Shown here: one piece after another, positions 40,804 through 49,638 of the stretch
Numbering within the stretch: position 1 is the first letter of the stretch
How the letters are laid out: each line of letters opens with the position of its first letter
From: an uncultured Candidatus Rokubacteria bacterium
GTDB taxonomy: Bacteria > Methylomirabilota > Methylomirabilia > Rokubacteriales > CSP1-6
Reading direction: 5' to 3'
DNA length: 64,000 nucleotides
NCBI GenBank assembly: GCA_963754315.1
Contig: CAVWFS010000015.1
Coordinates: 96,001-160,000 of the forward strand
The notes under the pieces: model-generated
What the model saw: only the letters and a program-made list of their open reading frames with translations
Database searches by the model: none
What the model was told of the DNA's origin: nothing
Program-made: the position numbers and the translations under genes

Positions 40804-42131
40804 TGGAGAATTTCCTCGAGAACACGCCCCTCCACCGCGGGGGCCGCAATACCCAGAAGGCGCGCGGCGGTAGGAGCGATATCGACCAGACGGATCCGGT
40901 CGAGGACGGTGCCCGCCCGTACCCCGAATCCGGCGGCGATGAAGCCGGTCGCCATGCTGGGACGGAAGGGCAGAAAGCCGTGCGAGCCGCGCGAGATGGC
41001 GGACGCCTCCCTCTTGGCGCCAGACCGCGAGCACGAGCCCGACAAGTCGAAACCGGGCGCCGCCTCGATAGCGAAGGCCGCGCCGGGCATGGCGCCCATC
41101 GAGTCGAGCTCCTCACGGCTGACGATCGTCAGCCGGCCCGTGGCGGCGCCCCTGAGCGCGGCTTCGGCCTGGCGGGCCGTCGTCGTATCCCCGGCCGGAG
41201 CGACGAACACGGCCGCCGCACCTCCCGCGATGTGCACGGTCGCGCGCCACCCATCCCCGGCGCGCGGGCAGTCTCGCAGGCCAGCGGCGGCCAGGATCTG
41301 GTTGGGAAAGAGCGTGCGCTCGACGTCCTGGAAGCCGTGGTCGCCGGTGATGACGATGGTCGTGCGCGTGGCGACTCCCGCCTCCTCAAGCGCGCGGCGC
41401 AGTGTTCCGATGTGAGTGTCCACTCGGGCCAGAGCCGGCTTCACCCCCGCCCCGGCGCGCCCGCCCCGATGCTGGAAGTGGTCGAGCTGGACCAGGTGAA
41501 GCATGAGCAAATGGGGGCGCGCGTCACGAATGATGGCGGCGCTGACGGCGGTGAGAAACGCATCCCACTCGATCGCGTCACGGAAGATGTCCGGGCGAGG
41601 AACGAGACCCAGTCGTTCCAGCAAACCGGGCGTGACCGCCGCCCCCATCACATCGAGGGGATCGGGCCGAACATGGTAGTCGCGCTCGGGCAGAAGCCAG
41701 TCGATGCGCGCTCCGAGGGTCGAGGGCCATGACACGCCGGCGGTTCGCAGTCCTGCCGCCCGCGCCCATTCCCAGAGGGGCGACGCGCGCAGGTCGGAGG
41801 CCTCCTCGTACCATCGGCCGCGGGCGCCGAGGGGATCGAATCGCACATTGAAGAGGATCCCGTGGCGGGCCGGGCGGACACCGGTGACGATCGATGCGTG
41901 GGCCGGATAGGTGACCGTCGGAAAGACCCCTTCGGCCGCCCGCGCGGCGCTGCCCGCACGCACAAGGGCGCGTAGCTCGGGAGCCGCGAAGGCATCGTCG
42001 AGATAGAACTCGGGACGGAGTCCGTCCAGGGAGATCAGCACGAGGTAGCGCTCCCCGACTTCGTGGGCACCGGCCCCGGTGTCGAGCCCGAGGAGCAGCA
42101 GGGCCACGAGGATCGCCCGCCCGCACCTCAC
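40800..42131 (-). CDS. Nucleotide pyrophosphatase/phosphodiesterase (alkaline phosphatase superfamily), secreted
   Basis: LISLDGLR, PTVTYPAHASIVTG, DHFQH, TGDHG, GSHG. Confidence 0.9.
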   Translation of the reverse strand: MRCGRAILVALLLLGLDTGAGAHEVGERYLVLISLDGLRPEFYLDDAFAAPELRALVRAGSAARAAEGVFPTVTYPAHASIVTGVRPARHGILFNVRFDPLGARGRWYEEASDLRASPLWEWARAAGLRTAGVSWPSTLGARIDWLLPERDYHVRPDPLDVMGAAVTPGLLERLGLVPRPDIFRDAIEWDAFLTAVSAAIIRDARPHLLMLHLVQLDHFQHRGGRAGAGVKPALARVDTHIGTLRRALEEAGVATRTTIVITGDHGFQDVERTLFPNQILAAAGLRDCPRAGDGWRATVHIAGGAAAVFVAPAGDTTTARQAEAALRGAATGRLTIVSREELDSMGAMPGAAFAIEAAPGFDLSGSCSRSGAKREASAISRGSHGFLPFRPSMATGFIAAGFGVRAGTVLDRIRLVDIAPTAARLLGIAAPAVEGRVLEEILQ

Positions 42132-42559
42132 GGGCTGACCTGGAATGACAGCCGTCCGATGAGCTGTCCCGAGCCGGTCATCACGTCACTGACCAGCGAC
42201 CAACCGGATCAGGGGGAAACCCCGTCTTGCGCGAGTACGTGCGGAATCCGCCGGCGCGCCCGCCGCGTACCGCCGACAGCCGCACGACCGTGATCGCACG
42301 GCCGTTCAGTCGCCACACGTGCTCGATGGGTTGACCCAGGCCGGCCGGCGCATAAATCGCAGTGTACGCGACGAGGCTTCCCCACCTCGAAAAGCCCTCG
42401 GAACTGGGCCAGCATCGCGGCCAGAAGCCATATCAGATATCCGCAGGACGATCCATGCCAGGGTTGGAAGGCCGCGGCGGAAGACGATCAGGGTGAGCAG
42501 CCCCGCGAACAGCGAGGCAAGCGAGATCCCCCAGCGACGAAGGAGGCAGCCGGGATGCG
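42128..42559 (-). pseudogene. DUF2914-like membrane protein remnant with an apparent internal deletion and frameshift
   Basis: TM fragment WGISLASLFAGLLTLIVFRRG, then AYTAIYAPAGL...HVWR...GGRAGGFRTYSRK...GRWSV/DVMTGSGQLIGRLSFQV in shifting frames. Confidence 0.6.
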
Positions 42560-42805
42560 TCAGGGGGACGGGCCGAGCCGGGCCGCCAGTCGGTGGGCGA
42601 GATCGTCTCCGCGAAGGGCCTCGAGACATTGGAGGACGTCTGCCGAGGCGCGGCGTCCCAGGTGTATTCCGACCAGATCAAGGGCCGCGCGGCGCGCCGC
42701 ATCATCCAGGGCACAGATCTCACGGAGCACCTTGGCGATCGACTCGTCCCGCGCCGCGACCTGGAGAATGAGATCGACGTCGATCGTCACCTCACGAAGC
42801 TCCAC
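42560..42805 (-). CDS. Small hypothetical helical protein
   Basis: 81-aa ORF starting 4 bp after the metG stop. Confidence 0.6.
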   Translation of the reverse strand: MELREVTIDVDLILQVAARDESIAKVLREICALDDAARRAALDLVGIHLGRRASADVLQCLEALRGDDLAHRLAARLGPSP

Positions 42806-42809
42806 GTTG

Positions 42810-44735
42810 CTATCGTACCTTGGACCCCGGGGGAAGCTCGCGATCGAGCGTCACCAGGGCCAGGCCCCCCGTGCCGGAACCGGCCAGCACCATCCCGTTC
42901 GACTCGATCCCCATGATGGTCGTGGGTTGAAGATTCGCCACCACCACCACCCGTCGGCCCACCAGATCGCCCGGCGCGTAGTGCTCGGCGATCCCAGCGA
43001 GCACGGTGCGTGGCTCGCCGCCAAGGGAAACGGTGAGCTTGAGCAGCCGCTTCGATTTCGGCACCGCTTCCGCTGCGAGGATCTCGGCCACGCGAAGATC
43101 CAGCCGCGCAAACTCGTCAATGGTCACGGGGGCCGGCTTCTCCGCGTCGGTCTCGGCTGACGGCTCCCTCTTCGCCGATTCCTGGCCCGCCCGGGAGCCG
43201 ACACCCTCGGGAGGATGCGTTCGCGGGAAGAGCCCTGTCAGCTTGCTCACCCGCGTGCCGGCAGTGATTCCGCCCCACGCGAGGTCGGCCAGGCTGAGCT
43301 TGCCGGTCTGGCCGAGAGCCGTCCGGATCTTCTCGGCCGCCACCGGCAGGAAGGGATCGAGCACAATCCCGAGGCAGCGCAACGATTCGGCCAAGGTGTA
43401 CAGCACCGTATCGAGACGCGGCCGCTGGGCCGGGGTCTTGGCCAGGGTCCAGGGGCGTTCGGTGTCGACGTAACGGTTCAGGCCCCCGACCCACTCCCAG
43501 ATAGCAGCCAGGGCGCGGTGGAAGGCGAAGCCGTCCATGGCGTTCTCGACGTCGACCAGCGCCCTGGTCAACCCGCCGCGCACCTCCGCGTCGGCGGCCG
43601 TCTCGGCGTTCGGGGTGGGCACGGAGCCTCCGGCGAAATTGACGATGAGGGTCGTCGCGCGAGACACGAGGTTACCGAGATCGTTGGCGAGGTCGGCGTT
43701 GAGGCGTCCGAGGAATGCTTCTTCCGAGAAATCGGCGTCCAGCCCGAACACCATCTCACGTAACAGGAAGTACCGGAACGCGTCGTGACCGTACTTGTCG
43801 GTGAGCGCCAGCGCCTCCACGACGTTGCCGATGGACTTGGACATCTTGCCGCCGCCGAGACCCCAGTAGCCGTGGACGTTCAAGTGCCGATACACGGGCA
43901 GCCCGGCCGCCTTCAGCATGCAAGGCCAGTAGACGCCGTGCGGCTTCAGGATGTCCTTGCCGATCGCGTGCTGCACGTGAGGCCAGAACGTCGCATAGCT
44001 GTCGCCGCCGATCTCGCCGAGGGCGGAGACGTAGTTGATGAGGGCATCGAACCAGACGTAGGTCACGAAGCGGTCGTCGAAGGGAAGCGGAATCCCCCAC
44101 TGCAAGCGGCTGCGCGGGCGGCTGATGGAGAGATCTTGCAGCGGCTCGCGGAGGAAGCCGAGGATCTCGTTACGATAGCGCTCGGGTCGAATCAGGTCCG
44201 GATTCGACTCGATGTACCCGACCAGCCAGTCCTGGTAGGTCGACATCCGGAAGAAGTAGTTCTCCTCTTCGATATAGGTGAGCGGCCGCTGGTGGTCGGG
44301 GCACTTGCCGTCGACGATTTCCTTCTCCGTGTAGAAGCGCTCGCAGCCGAGGCAGTATTGGCCTCCGTACTTGCCGAAGTAGATCTCACCGGCGTCCCAC
44401 AGCTGCTGCAGGATCTGCTGGACGATCCGTGCGTGGCGGGGCTCGGTGGTGCGGATGAAGTCGTCGTTGCTGATGCCCAGCCGTCGCCACGTCTCGCGGA
44501 AGGCGGCCGAGATCTCGTCCGTATAGGCCTGGGGTGATACGCCGGCCCGGGCGGCCGCCTGGGCGATGTTGTCGCCGTGCTCGTCGGTGCCGGTGAGGAA
44601 CCACACCCGATCCCCGCGAAGCCGACGGTAGCGGGCCATCGTGTCGGCGACGATCGTGGTGTAGGCATGACCCAGATGGGGCCGGGCGTTGACGTAATAG
44701 ATGGGGGTAGTGAGATAAAAGACCGACTCGCTCAC
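42810..44735 (-). CDS. metG: Methionine-tRNA ligase with C-terminal tRNA-binding domain
   Basis: TTPIYYVN..PHLGH, GTDEHG, YVWFDAL, KMSKS, C-terminal OB fold. Confidence 0.97.
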   Translation of the reverse strand: MSESVFYLTTPIYYVNARPHLGHAYTTIVADTMARYRRLRGDRVWFLTGTDEHGDNIAQAAARAGVSPQAYTDEISAAFRETWRRLGISNDDFIRTTEPRHARIVQQILQQLWDAGEIYFGKYGGQYCLGCERFYTEKEIVDGKCPDHQRPLTYIEEENYFFRMSTYQDWLVGYIESNPDLIRPERYRNEILGFLREPLQDLSISRPRSRLQWGIPLPFDDRFVTYVWFDALINYVSALGEIGGDSYATFWPHVQHAIGKDILKPHGVYWPCMLKAAGLPVYRHLNVHGYWGLGGGKMSKSIGNVVEALALTDKYGHDAFRYFLLREMVFGLDADFSEEAFLGRLNADLANDLGNLVSRATTLIVNFAGGSVPTPNAETAADAEVRGGLTRALVDVENAMDGFAFHRALAAIWEWVGGLNRYVDTERPWTLAKTPAQRPRLDTVLYTLAESLRCLGIVLDPFLPVAAEKIRTALGQTGKLSLADLAWGGITAGTRVSKLTGLFPRTHPPEGVGSRAGQESAKREPSAETDAEKPAPVTIDEFARLDLRVAEILAAEAVPKSKRLLKLTVSLGGEPRTVLAGIAEHYAPGDLVGRRVVVVANLQPTTIMGIESNGMVLAGSGTGGLALVTLDRELPPGSKVR

Positions 44736-45604
44736 GCACCGCTCCGCGGGGCGGGGCGATCCAGGGTGATCTTGATGTGCGCGCGCCCCTCCCAGGTCAG
44801 CTCCGATAGCGGCACCTCGGCCTCCGTGCCGTCGGGGAAACCGACGACGACTACTTCCTTCAGGACGCGCAGCGACCGCACCTTGCCCGTCATGCAGCCT
44901 CCTCCACCGCAGTCGGCCTGACAGGGCGTGTTCACCTTGGGCAGACGCCCGCGTAGCTCCTCGTAGGTGGAGAACTCGTAGAGCAAGCAGCACTTCAGTC
45001 GTCCGCAGTTACCGAGGAGCCGGCTGTCCGTCAGCGGCACATCCTGGATCTTGGCCATCTTGACGGCCACGGGCTCGAACTTCCTGAGGTGCGACGAGCA
45101 GCAGAGCTGGCGACCGCAGGGACCGATACCGTCCATGACCTTGGTGGTATCCCGGGCGCCGATCTGCCGCATTTCGATGCGGGCATGAAACTCGCGGGCG
45201 AGGTCGCGCACCAACTCGCGAAAGTCTACCCGCTCCTCCGCGTTGAAATACACCAGCACGCGCCGGGCACGCGGAATGATCTCCACGTCGACGACCTTCA
45301 TGGCCAGGCCGCGCTCGCGGGCCAGCCGTTGGACCGTGTCGACGGCGTCACGCTCGCGCGTGGCGTGCGCGCGGTGCTCGCCGACCTCGCTCTCGGTGGC
45401 CACCCGCAGCACGCGACGGTACAGGTGATCGCGCTTGGCCTCCGGGAGCGGCCGCCGGGGGCGCCGAACCTCGCCGATGGCGGGCTCGCCCTCCGTTTCC
45501 ACGAGACAGAGGTCACCCACGTGCAGGTCGAGATGTTCCCCGAGCCGATAGTCGTTCGCGTTCTGACCCGTGCGAAGGCGAATCCCGATCAGGAATTCAT
45601 CCAT
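44732..45604 (-). CDS. ricT: PSP1-domain protein RicT/YaaT
   Basis: RVDFRELVRDLA, RIEMRQIG.RD, GPCGRQLCC, CGRLKCCL.YE. Confidence 0.9.
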   Translation of the reverse strand: MDEFLIGIRLRTGQNANDYRLGEHLDLHVGDLCLVETEGEPAIGEVRRPRRPLPEAKRDHLYRRVLRVATESEVGEHRAHATRERDAVDTVQRLARERGLAMKVVDVEIIPRARRVLVYFNAEERVDFRELVRDLAREFHARIEMRQIGARDTTKVMDGIGPCGRQLCCSSHLRKFEPVAVKMAKIQDVPLTDSRLLGNCGRLKCCLLYEFSTYEELRGRLPKVNTPCQADCGGGGCMTGKVRSLRVLKEVVVVGFPDGTEAEVPLSELTWEGRAHIKITLDRPAPRSGA

Positions 45605-45616
45605 GCCTCCGACCCT

Positions 45617-46510
45617 TCATGCCGCCCGTGCGGCGAGGCGGCTCAGCAGAACTTCCACGGTGAGCCGCGGCGATACGTTCGTTTCCAGGGCAGCCCGGGC
45701 TACCCGGCAGTTCGCCATCTCCTCCAGCAGGTCTCGCATCGTCCATCGTTCGGCCTCGCGCGCAAGGTCCACGATCATACTGGCATGGGCAAGCAGGGCG
45801 GGTGGCGCGCCGCTCTGGACAACGAGCAGGTCCCGGCACCAGAACCAGTAGGCATCGATGAGGACGACGGCCTTGTCGCGGTCGACGGTCGGAAGGCGTC
45901 TGATGAGGGCGTCGACCCCCTTCGCTCTGACCTCTGCCACCAGGGTGAGCGCTCCCGCCCGGGCCTCCGCTGCGGCGGGATCAGCGTGGGGCGCGCAGCG
46001 CACGATCTGACAGCGCGAGAGCACCGTGGCCGGCAGCGCCCGCACCGTGGAAACGCCCAGGATCAGGATGGTGCCGGGGGACGGTTCCTCCAGCGTCTTG
46101 AGGAAGGCCTGGGGGGTATCGGCCGTCATGCGGTCGGCGTCCTCCACGATGAAGACCTTATGCCGTCCCATAGCGGGTCGCAGAGCGGCTCGGCGCTCCA
46201 GCTCACGAATGGCGTCGATCCGGATGGCCCGGGGGCCGCGCGGGTTCCGCTCGGGAGGGGTCGGCACGATCAGGTGGAGGTCGGGATGCTGGCGTTTAGC
46301 CACGAGCGCACACGCGCGGCATTGGCCGCAGCCCCCGACGGCCGAGGCGCGCTCGCAGAGGAGCGCCTCCGCGAAGACCGCCGCCAGCGCGCTCCGGCCG
46401 GACTCCGCTGACCCCACCAGAGCGTAGGCGTGGGCGACTCGCCCGCTGGCCAGGGCGCGGCCGAAGAGGGCGATAGCTCTGGGTTGACCCTCGACCACGC
46501 TATAGGGCAC
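45617..46510 (-). CDS. holB: DNA polymerase III delta-prime subunit
   Basis: HAY, CGQCRAC, HPDL, LKTLEEP, TVLSRC; follows tmk. Confidence 0.9.
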   Translation of the reverse strand: MPYSVVEGQPRAIALFGRALASGRVAHAYALVGSAESGRSALAAVFAEALLCERASAVGGCGQCRACALVAKRQHPDLHLIVPTPPERNPRGPRAIRIDAIRELERRAALRPAMGRHKVFIVEDADRMTADTPQAFLKTLEEPSPGTILILGVSTVRALPATVLSRCQIVRCAPHADPAAAEARAGALTLVAEVRAKGVDALIRRLPTVDRDKAVVLIDAYWFWCRDLLVVQSGAPPALLAHASMIVDLAREAERWTMRDLLEEMANCRVARAALETNVSPRLTVEVLLSRLAARAA

Positions 46511-47123
46511 GCAGATAGGCCTCCACCGTCCTCGCCACGTCTGCGGCAACCTGGTCCGGTGGCCGAACGGCGCGGATCAAGCGGACACGCTTGGGTTCCG
46601 CGCGCAGGATTTCAAGGTAGCCCCGACGCACGCGGCGGTGAAAGGCGACCGCCTGCCGCTCGAAGTGATCGAGTCGCCGTCCGCGGATACGCCGCAGTCC
46701 CTCGAGTGGGGGAAGGTCAAAGATCAAGGTCAGGTCTGGCAACATTCCGCCAGTGGCCCTCACGTTGAGGTCCCGGATCAGATCACGATCGATCCCGCGT
46801 CCATAGCCTTGATAGGCGACGGTGGCGTCGGTGTAACGGTCGCAGAGAACGATCCGCCCTCCCTGGATCCAGGGCCCGATTTTCTCGGCCACGTGCTGCC
46901 GCCGTGCCGCCATGAAAAGGAACACTTCGCTGAGCGGCTGCGGCCGGGTGGCGGCGCGCTCGAAAAGGTGCCGAATGGCCACACCCAAAGGGGTGCCATC
47001 CGGCTCGGCCGTCCGCTCCACCTGGTAACCCTGCTGCTTGAGCCGCCGGGCGAGACGGATCATTTGAGTCGTTTTCCCCGACCCCTCGACCCCCTCGAAC
47101 GTGATGAGCGCTCCGCGCACCAC
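46500..47123 (-). CDS. tmk: Thymidylate kinase
   Basis: ITFEGVEGSGKTT, CDRYTDATVAYQG, PDLT. Confidence 0.95.
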   Translation of the reverse strand: MVRGALITFEGVEGSGKTTQMIRLARRLKQQGYQVERTAEPDGTPLGVAIRHLFERAATRPQPLSEVFLFMAARRQHVAEKIGPWIQGGRIVLCDRYTDATVAYQGYGRGIDRDLIRDLNVRATGGMLPDLTLIFDLPPLEGLRRIRGRRLDHFERQAVAFHRRVRRGYLEILRAEPKRVRLIRAVRPPDQVAADVARTVEAYLRAL

Positions 47124-47167
47124 TCAACCTCCCAGCACCAGTAAGCCACTCTAGCACGCCCCCTACA

Positions 47168-47535
47168 AGGGGGCCCTTTCGGGCCCCGCCCTCACGCATT
47201 CCCGAGGCGCGCCACGCTCCCCCGGGGCGTGCCGAGCCGCCTTGGGGGGCCAGGGGCCCTTTCGAGGCCCCGCCCTCGCGCATTCCCGAGGCGCGCCACG
47301 GGTCCCCCGGGGCGTGCCGAGCCACCCTGGGGGGCCAGGGGGCCCTTTCGGGGCCCCGCCCTCGCGCATTCCCGAGGCGCGCCACGCGTCCCCCGGGGCG
47401 TGCCGAGCCGCCTGGGGGGCCAGGGGGGCCCTGTTCGGGGCCCCGCCCGCCGCGCATTCCCGAGGCGCGCCACGGGTCCCCCGGGGCGTGCCGAGCCGCC
47501 TTGGGGGGCCAGGGGGGCCCTTTCGAGGCCCCCCT
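47168..47535 (-). repeat. Tandem array of the ~85-bp two-hairpin element in inverted orientation: 4 units plus terminal hairpin
   Basis: GCATTCCCGAGG recurs at 47196, 47280, 47366, 47454; reverse complement aligns with the 19263 unit; CTACA(A) on both flanks. Confidence 0.95.
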
Positions 47536-48666
47536 CTACAAACGAAAAACCGGGAAGATCAGGCGGCGGATTGCCTCGATCTGACGCTCGGCGTAGGTCC
47601 TGACGGGCTCGGCGAGGTGGCCTGGAATAGGATCGGCGGGGTCCCAGAGATCCCCGGAGGAGAAGTTGTAGCGCTTGAGATCAGGCTCGAAGGCAAGCGG
47701 CATCTGGGTCGGGAGGTTCATGTCATTCATGATGGCCCAGGCCACTGTCCAGGCCCGGGCCACGTTGCGTAGATCATAGCCTCCTCCCCCCAGCGCGACC
47801 ACACGGGGGGACAACGCGACCACGCGCCTGACGGCAGCAGCGAAAGTCTGCACGTCAAGTGCGAGATGCGTGAGCGGGTCGGTCCGATGGGCATCGATAC
47901 CGAGCTGCAGCACCACCACGTCGGGATTGAATGCCTCCAGCAGCGGAGGAACCACGGCATTGAAAGCCGGCAGGTAGGTGTCGGGATCCGTGAACGCCTC
48001 GAGGGGGAGGTTGACGGAGTAGCCTACGCCCTTTCCCTCGCCGCTCTCCTCGACAAAGCCGGTCCCCGGAAACAGGCGGTCGCCGCGCTCATGCGTCGAG
48101 ATGGTAAGAACGGTCGGATCCGCGTAGAACGCGTGCTGTACACCGTCGCCATGGTGGGCGTCGATGTCCACATACGCGACCCGAAGACCCCGGGCCCGCA
48201 ACCTCAGAATCGCCAGGACGGCGTCGTTCACATAGCAGAAGCCCGACGCACGAGCTGGCATCGCGTGATGCAGTCCGCCGGCGAAGTGAAACGCTCGATC
48301 TACCTCCCCGCGCGCCACAAGGTCGGCGGCATCCAGCGACCCGCCGGCGGCAAGCCGAGCCACCTGCCAGAGGCCGGCAAACACCGGATTGTCTCCCGGC
48401 CCCAGACCAAACAGCGCGGCTCGAGGGGGCGGATGGCCGCTGTCGGAGGCCTTCAGCACCTCGAGATAGGCGCGGCTATGAAACTCGGCAATTCGCGCTT
48501 CGTCGGCAGGCTCCGGCTCTCGCACGAGCATCCCCGGTAACGTGGTGAGCCCGTAAGCCTCCATGAGCCTCCACGTGAGTCCGAGCCGCTCCATCCGCAG
48601 CGGGTGTTCGGGCCCATAGTCGAAGCGCGTATAGGCGTCGGAGTAGAGGAGAGCGGTCTTCGGCAT
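47536..48666 (-). CDS. acuC: Acetoin utilization protein AcuC / histone deacetylase family
   Basis: HPL...RL, GGLHHA, SGFCYVND, DIDAHHGDG, DPL, GGGGY. Confidence 0.92.
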   Translation of the reverse strand: MPKTALLYSDAYTRFDYGPEHPLRMERLGLTWRLMEAYGLTTLPGMLVREPEPADEARIAEFHSRAYLEVLKASDSGHPPPRAALFGLGPGDNPVFAGLWQVARLAAGGSLDAADLVARGEVDRAFHFAGGLHHAMPARASGFCYVNDAVLAILRLRARGLRVAYVDIDAHHGDGVQHAFYADPTVLTISTHERGDRLFPGTGFVEESGEGKGVGYSVNLPLEAFTDPDTYLPAFNAVVPPLLEAFNPDVVVLQLGIDAHRTDPLTHLALDVQTFAAAVRRVVALSPRVVALGGGGYDLRNVARAWTVAWAIMNDMNLPTQMPLAFEPDLKRYNFSSGDLWDPADPIPGHLAEPVRTYAERQIEAIRRLIFPVFRL

Positions 48667-48702
48667 CGGCTATGTCATCCCGGGCCCATTGCGTTTGTCG
48701 GC

Positions 48703-49203
48703 CTATCGCTTCCAGCGGCCGGACTTACCGCCGGACTTCTCGAGCAGCTGGATCTCGGCGATCGTGACCCCCCGCTCTACGGCCTTGACCATATCGTAAA
48801 CGGTCAGGGCCGCCACGCTCGCCGCCGTGAGTGCCTCCATCTCCACCCCTGTCTTATCGACGGTTCGCACCCGGGCCTCGATGGCAAGCTCACCGCGCCG
48901 GGGATCCTCGCGAAACGCAATGTCCACCCCGGTGACACGGAGGGGGTGGCACATGGGAATGAGATCAGCGGTTCGCTTCGCGGCAAGCACACCGGCGGTG
49001 CGCGCCACGCCAAGCACGTCCCCTTTGGGTGCATTGCCCTCACGGATGATCGCGAGGGTCGCTGATTTCATCCGGAGGACGGCGCGGGCGACGGCTTCCC
49101 GCACGGTCTCCGGCTTGGCGGAGACATCCACCATGCGGGCGTCCCCCTGCGGGGAAAGGTGGCTCAGACCGCGGAACGACTCGACTCGACGGTTCCGCGG
49201 CAT
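48703..49203 (-). CDS. moaC: Cyclic pyranopterin monophosphate synthase
   Basis: [32 protein letters not shown]. Confidence 0.96.
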   Translation of the reverse strand: MPRNRRVESFRGLSHLSPQGDARMVDVSAKPETVREAVARAVLRMKSATLAIIREGNAPKGDVLGVARTAGVLAAKRTADLIPMCHPLRVTGVDIAFREDPRRGELAIEARVRTVDKTGVEMEALTAASVAALTVYDMVKAVERGVTIAEIQLLEKSGGKSGRWKR

Positions 49204-49225
49204 GGGAAAGCTCGCGGACCGGCCG

Positions 49226-49453
49226 TCAGGCGCCGACGCTGGCGCGAGTCTGCCGCGCGATGGCCTCCATGCGGTCCTTGGCCATGAGCTTCAACTTCTT
49301 GAGCTCGCTGATTCTCCAGTGTTGGTCCGCCGAGAGCGAGGGGATTGTGGTCAAGGTCGCCAGCTCCTGGTCATAACTCTGGTGCTCCGTCCGGAGCCGA
49401 CGAAACTCCTCGTTCTCGGCCATGAGTCGTGCTGCGATGTCTTCCTGATTCAT
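49226..49453 (-). CDS. DUF465/YdcH family coiled-coil protein
   Basis: EFRRL..EH..YD.EL...LKKLKL..KD; GGAGG RBS. Confidence 0.85.
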   Translation of the reverse strand: MNQEDIAARLMAENEEFRRLRTEHQSYDQELATLTTIPSLSADQHWRISELKKLKLMAKDRMEAIARQTRASVGA

Positions 49454-49467
49454 GCGCGACCTCCCCT

Positions 49468-49510
49468 AAAAACACAGAAAGCCAGCGCCGTCATGAGGTC
49501 GCTGGCCTTT
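49468..49510 (-). terminator. Intrinsic terminator-like hairpin inside the 5' leader of DUF465-moaC
   Basis: GGCCAGCG...CGCTGGCT stem followed by TTCTGTGTTTTT, directly before the RBS. Confidence 0.65.
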
Positions 49511-49583
49511 GGGACTGCACTGTCCACCTTGGAGACCCGTTCCTGCGCTCCCATGCTACGGGGAATCGGCACCGGGTGATTTG

Positions 49584-49613
49584 TTTATACGCCTCGGTAC
49601 GCGGCGGTGTCAA
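49584..49613 (-). promoter_or_regulatory. sigma70-type promoter
   Basis: TTGACA-N18-TATAAA on the minus strand. Confidence 0.7.
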
Positions 49614-49638
49614 GCAAAGGGAGAACGCGCGAGTGCGT

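Noticed and set aside
47163..47772. ORFs running through the repeat arrays (e.g. 47163-47369, 47229-47603, 19243-19854)
   Set aside because: Unit lengths vary (81-88 bp) and do not keep frame; GC-rich repeats stay open by chance.
49454..49583. Moco riboswitch call for the leader upstream of DUF465-moaC
   Set aside because: I could not see the Moco RNA consensus elements; kept only as an unassigned structured leader.
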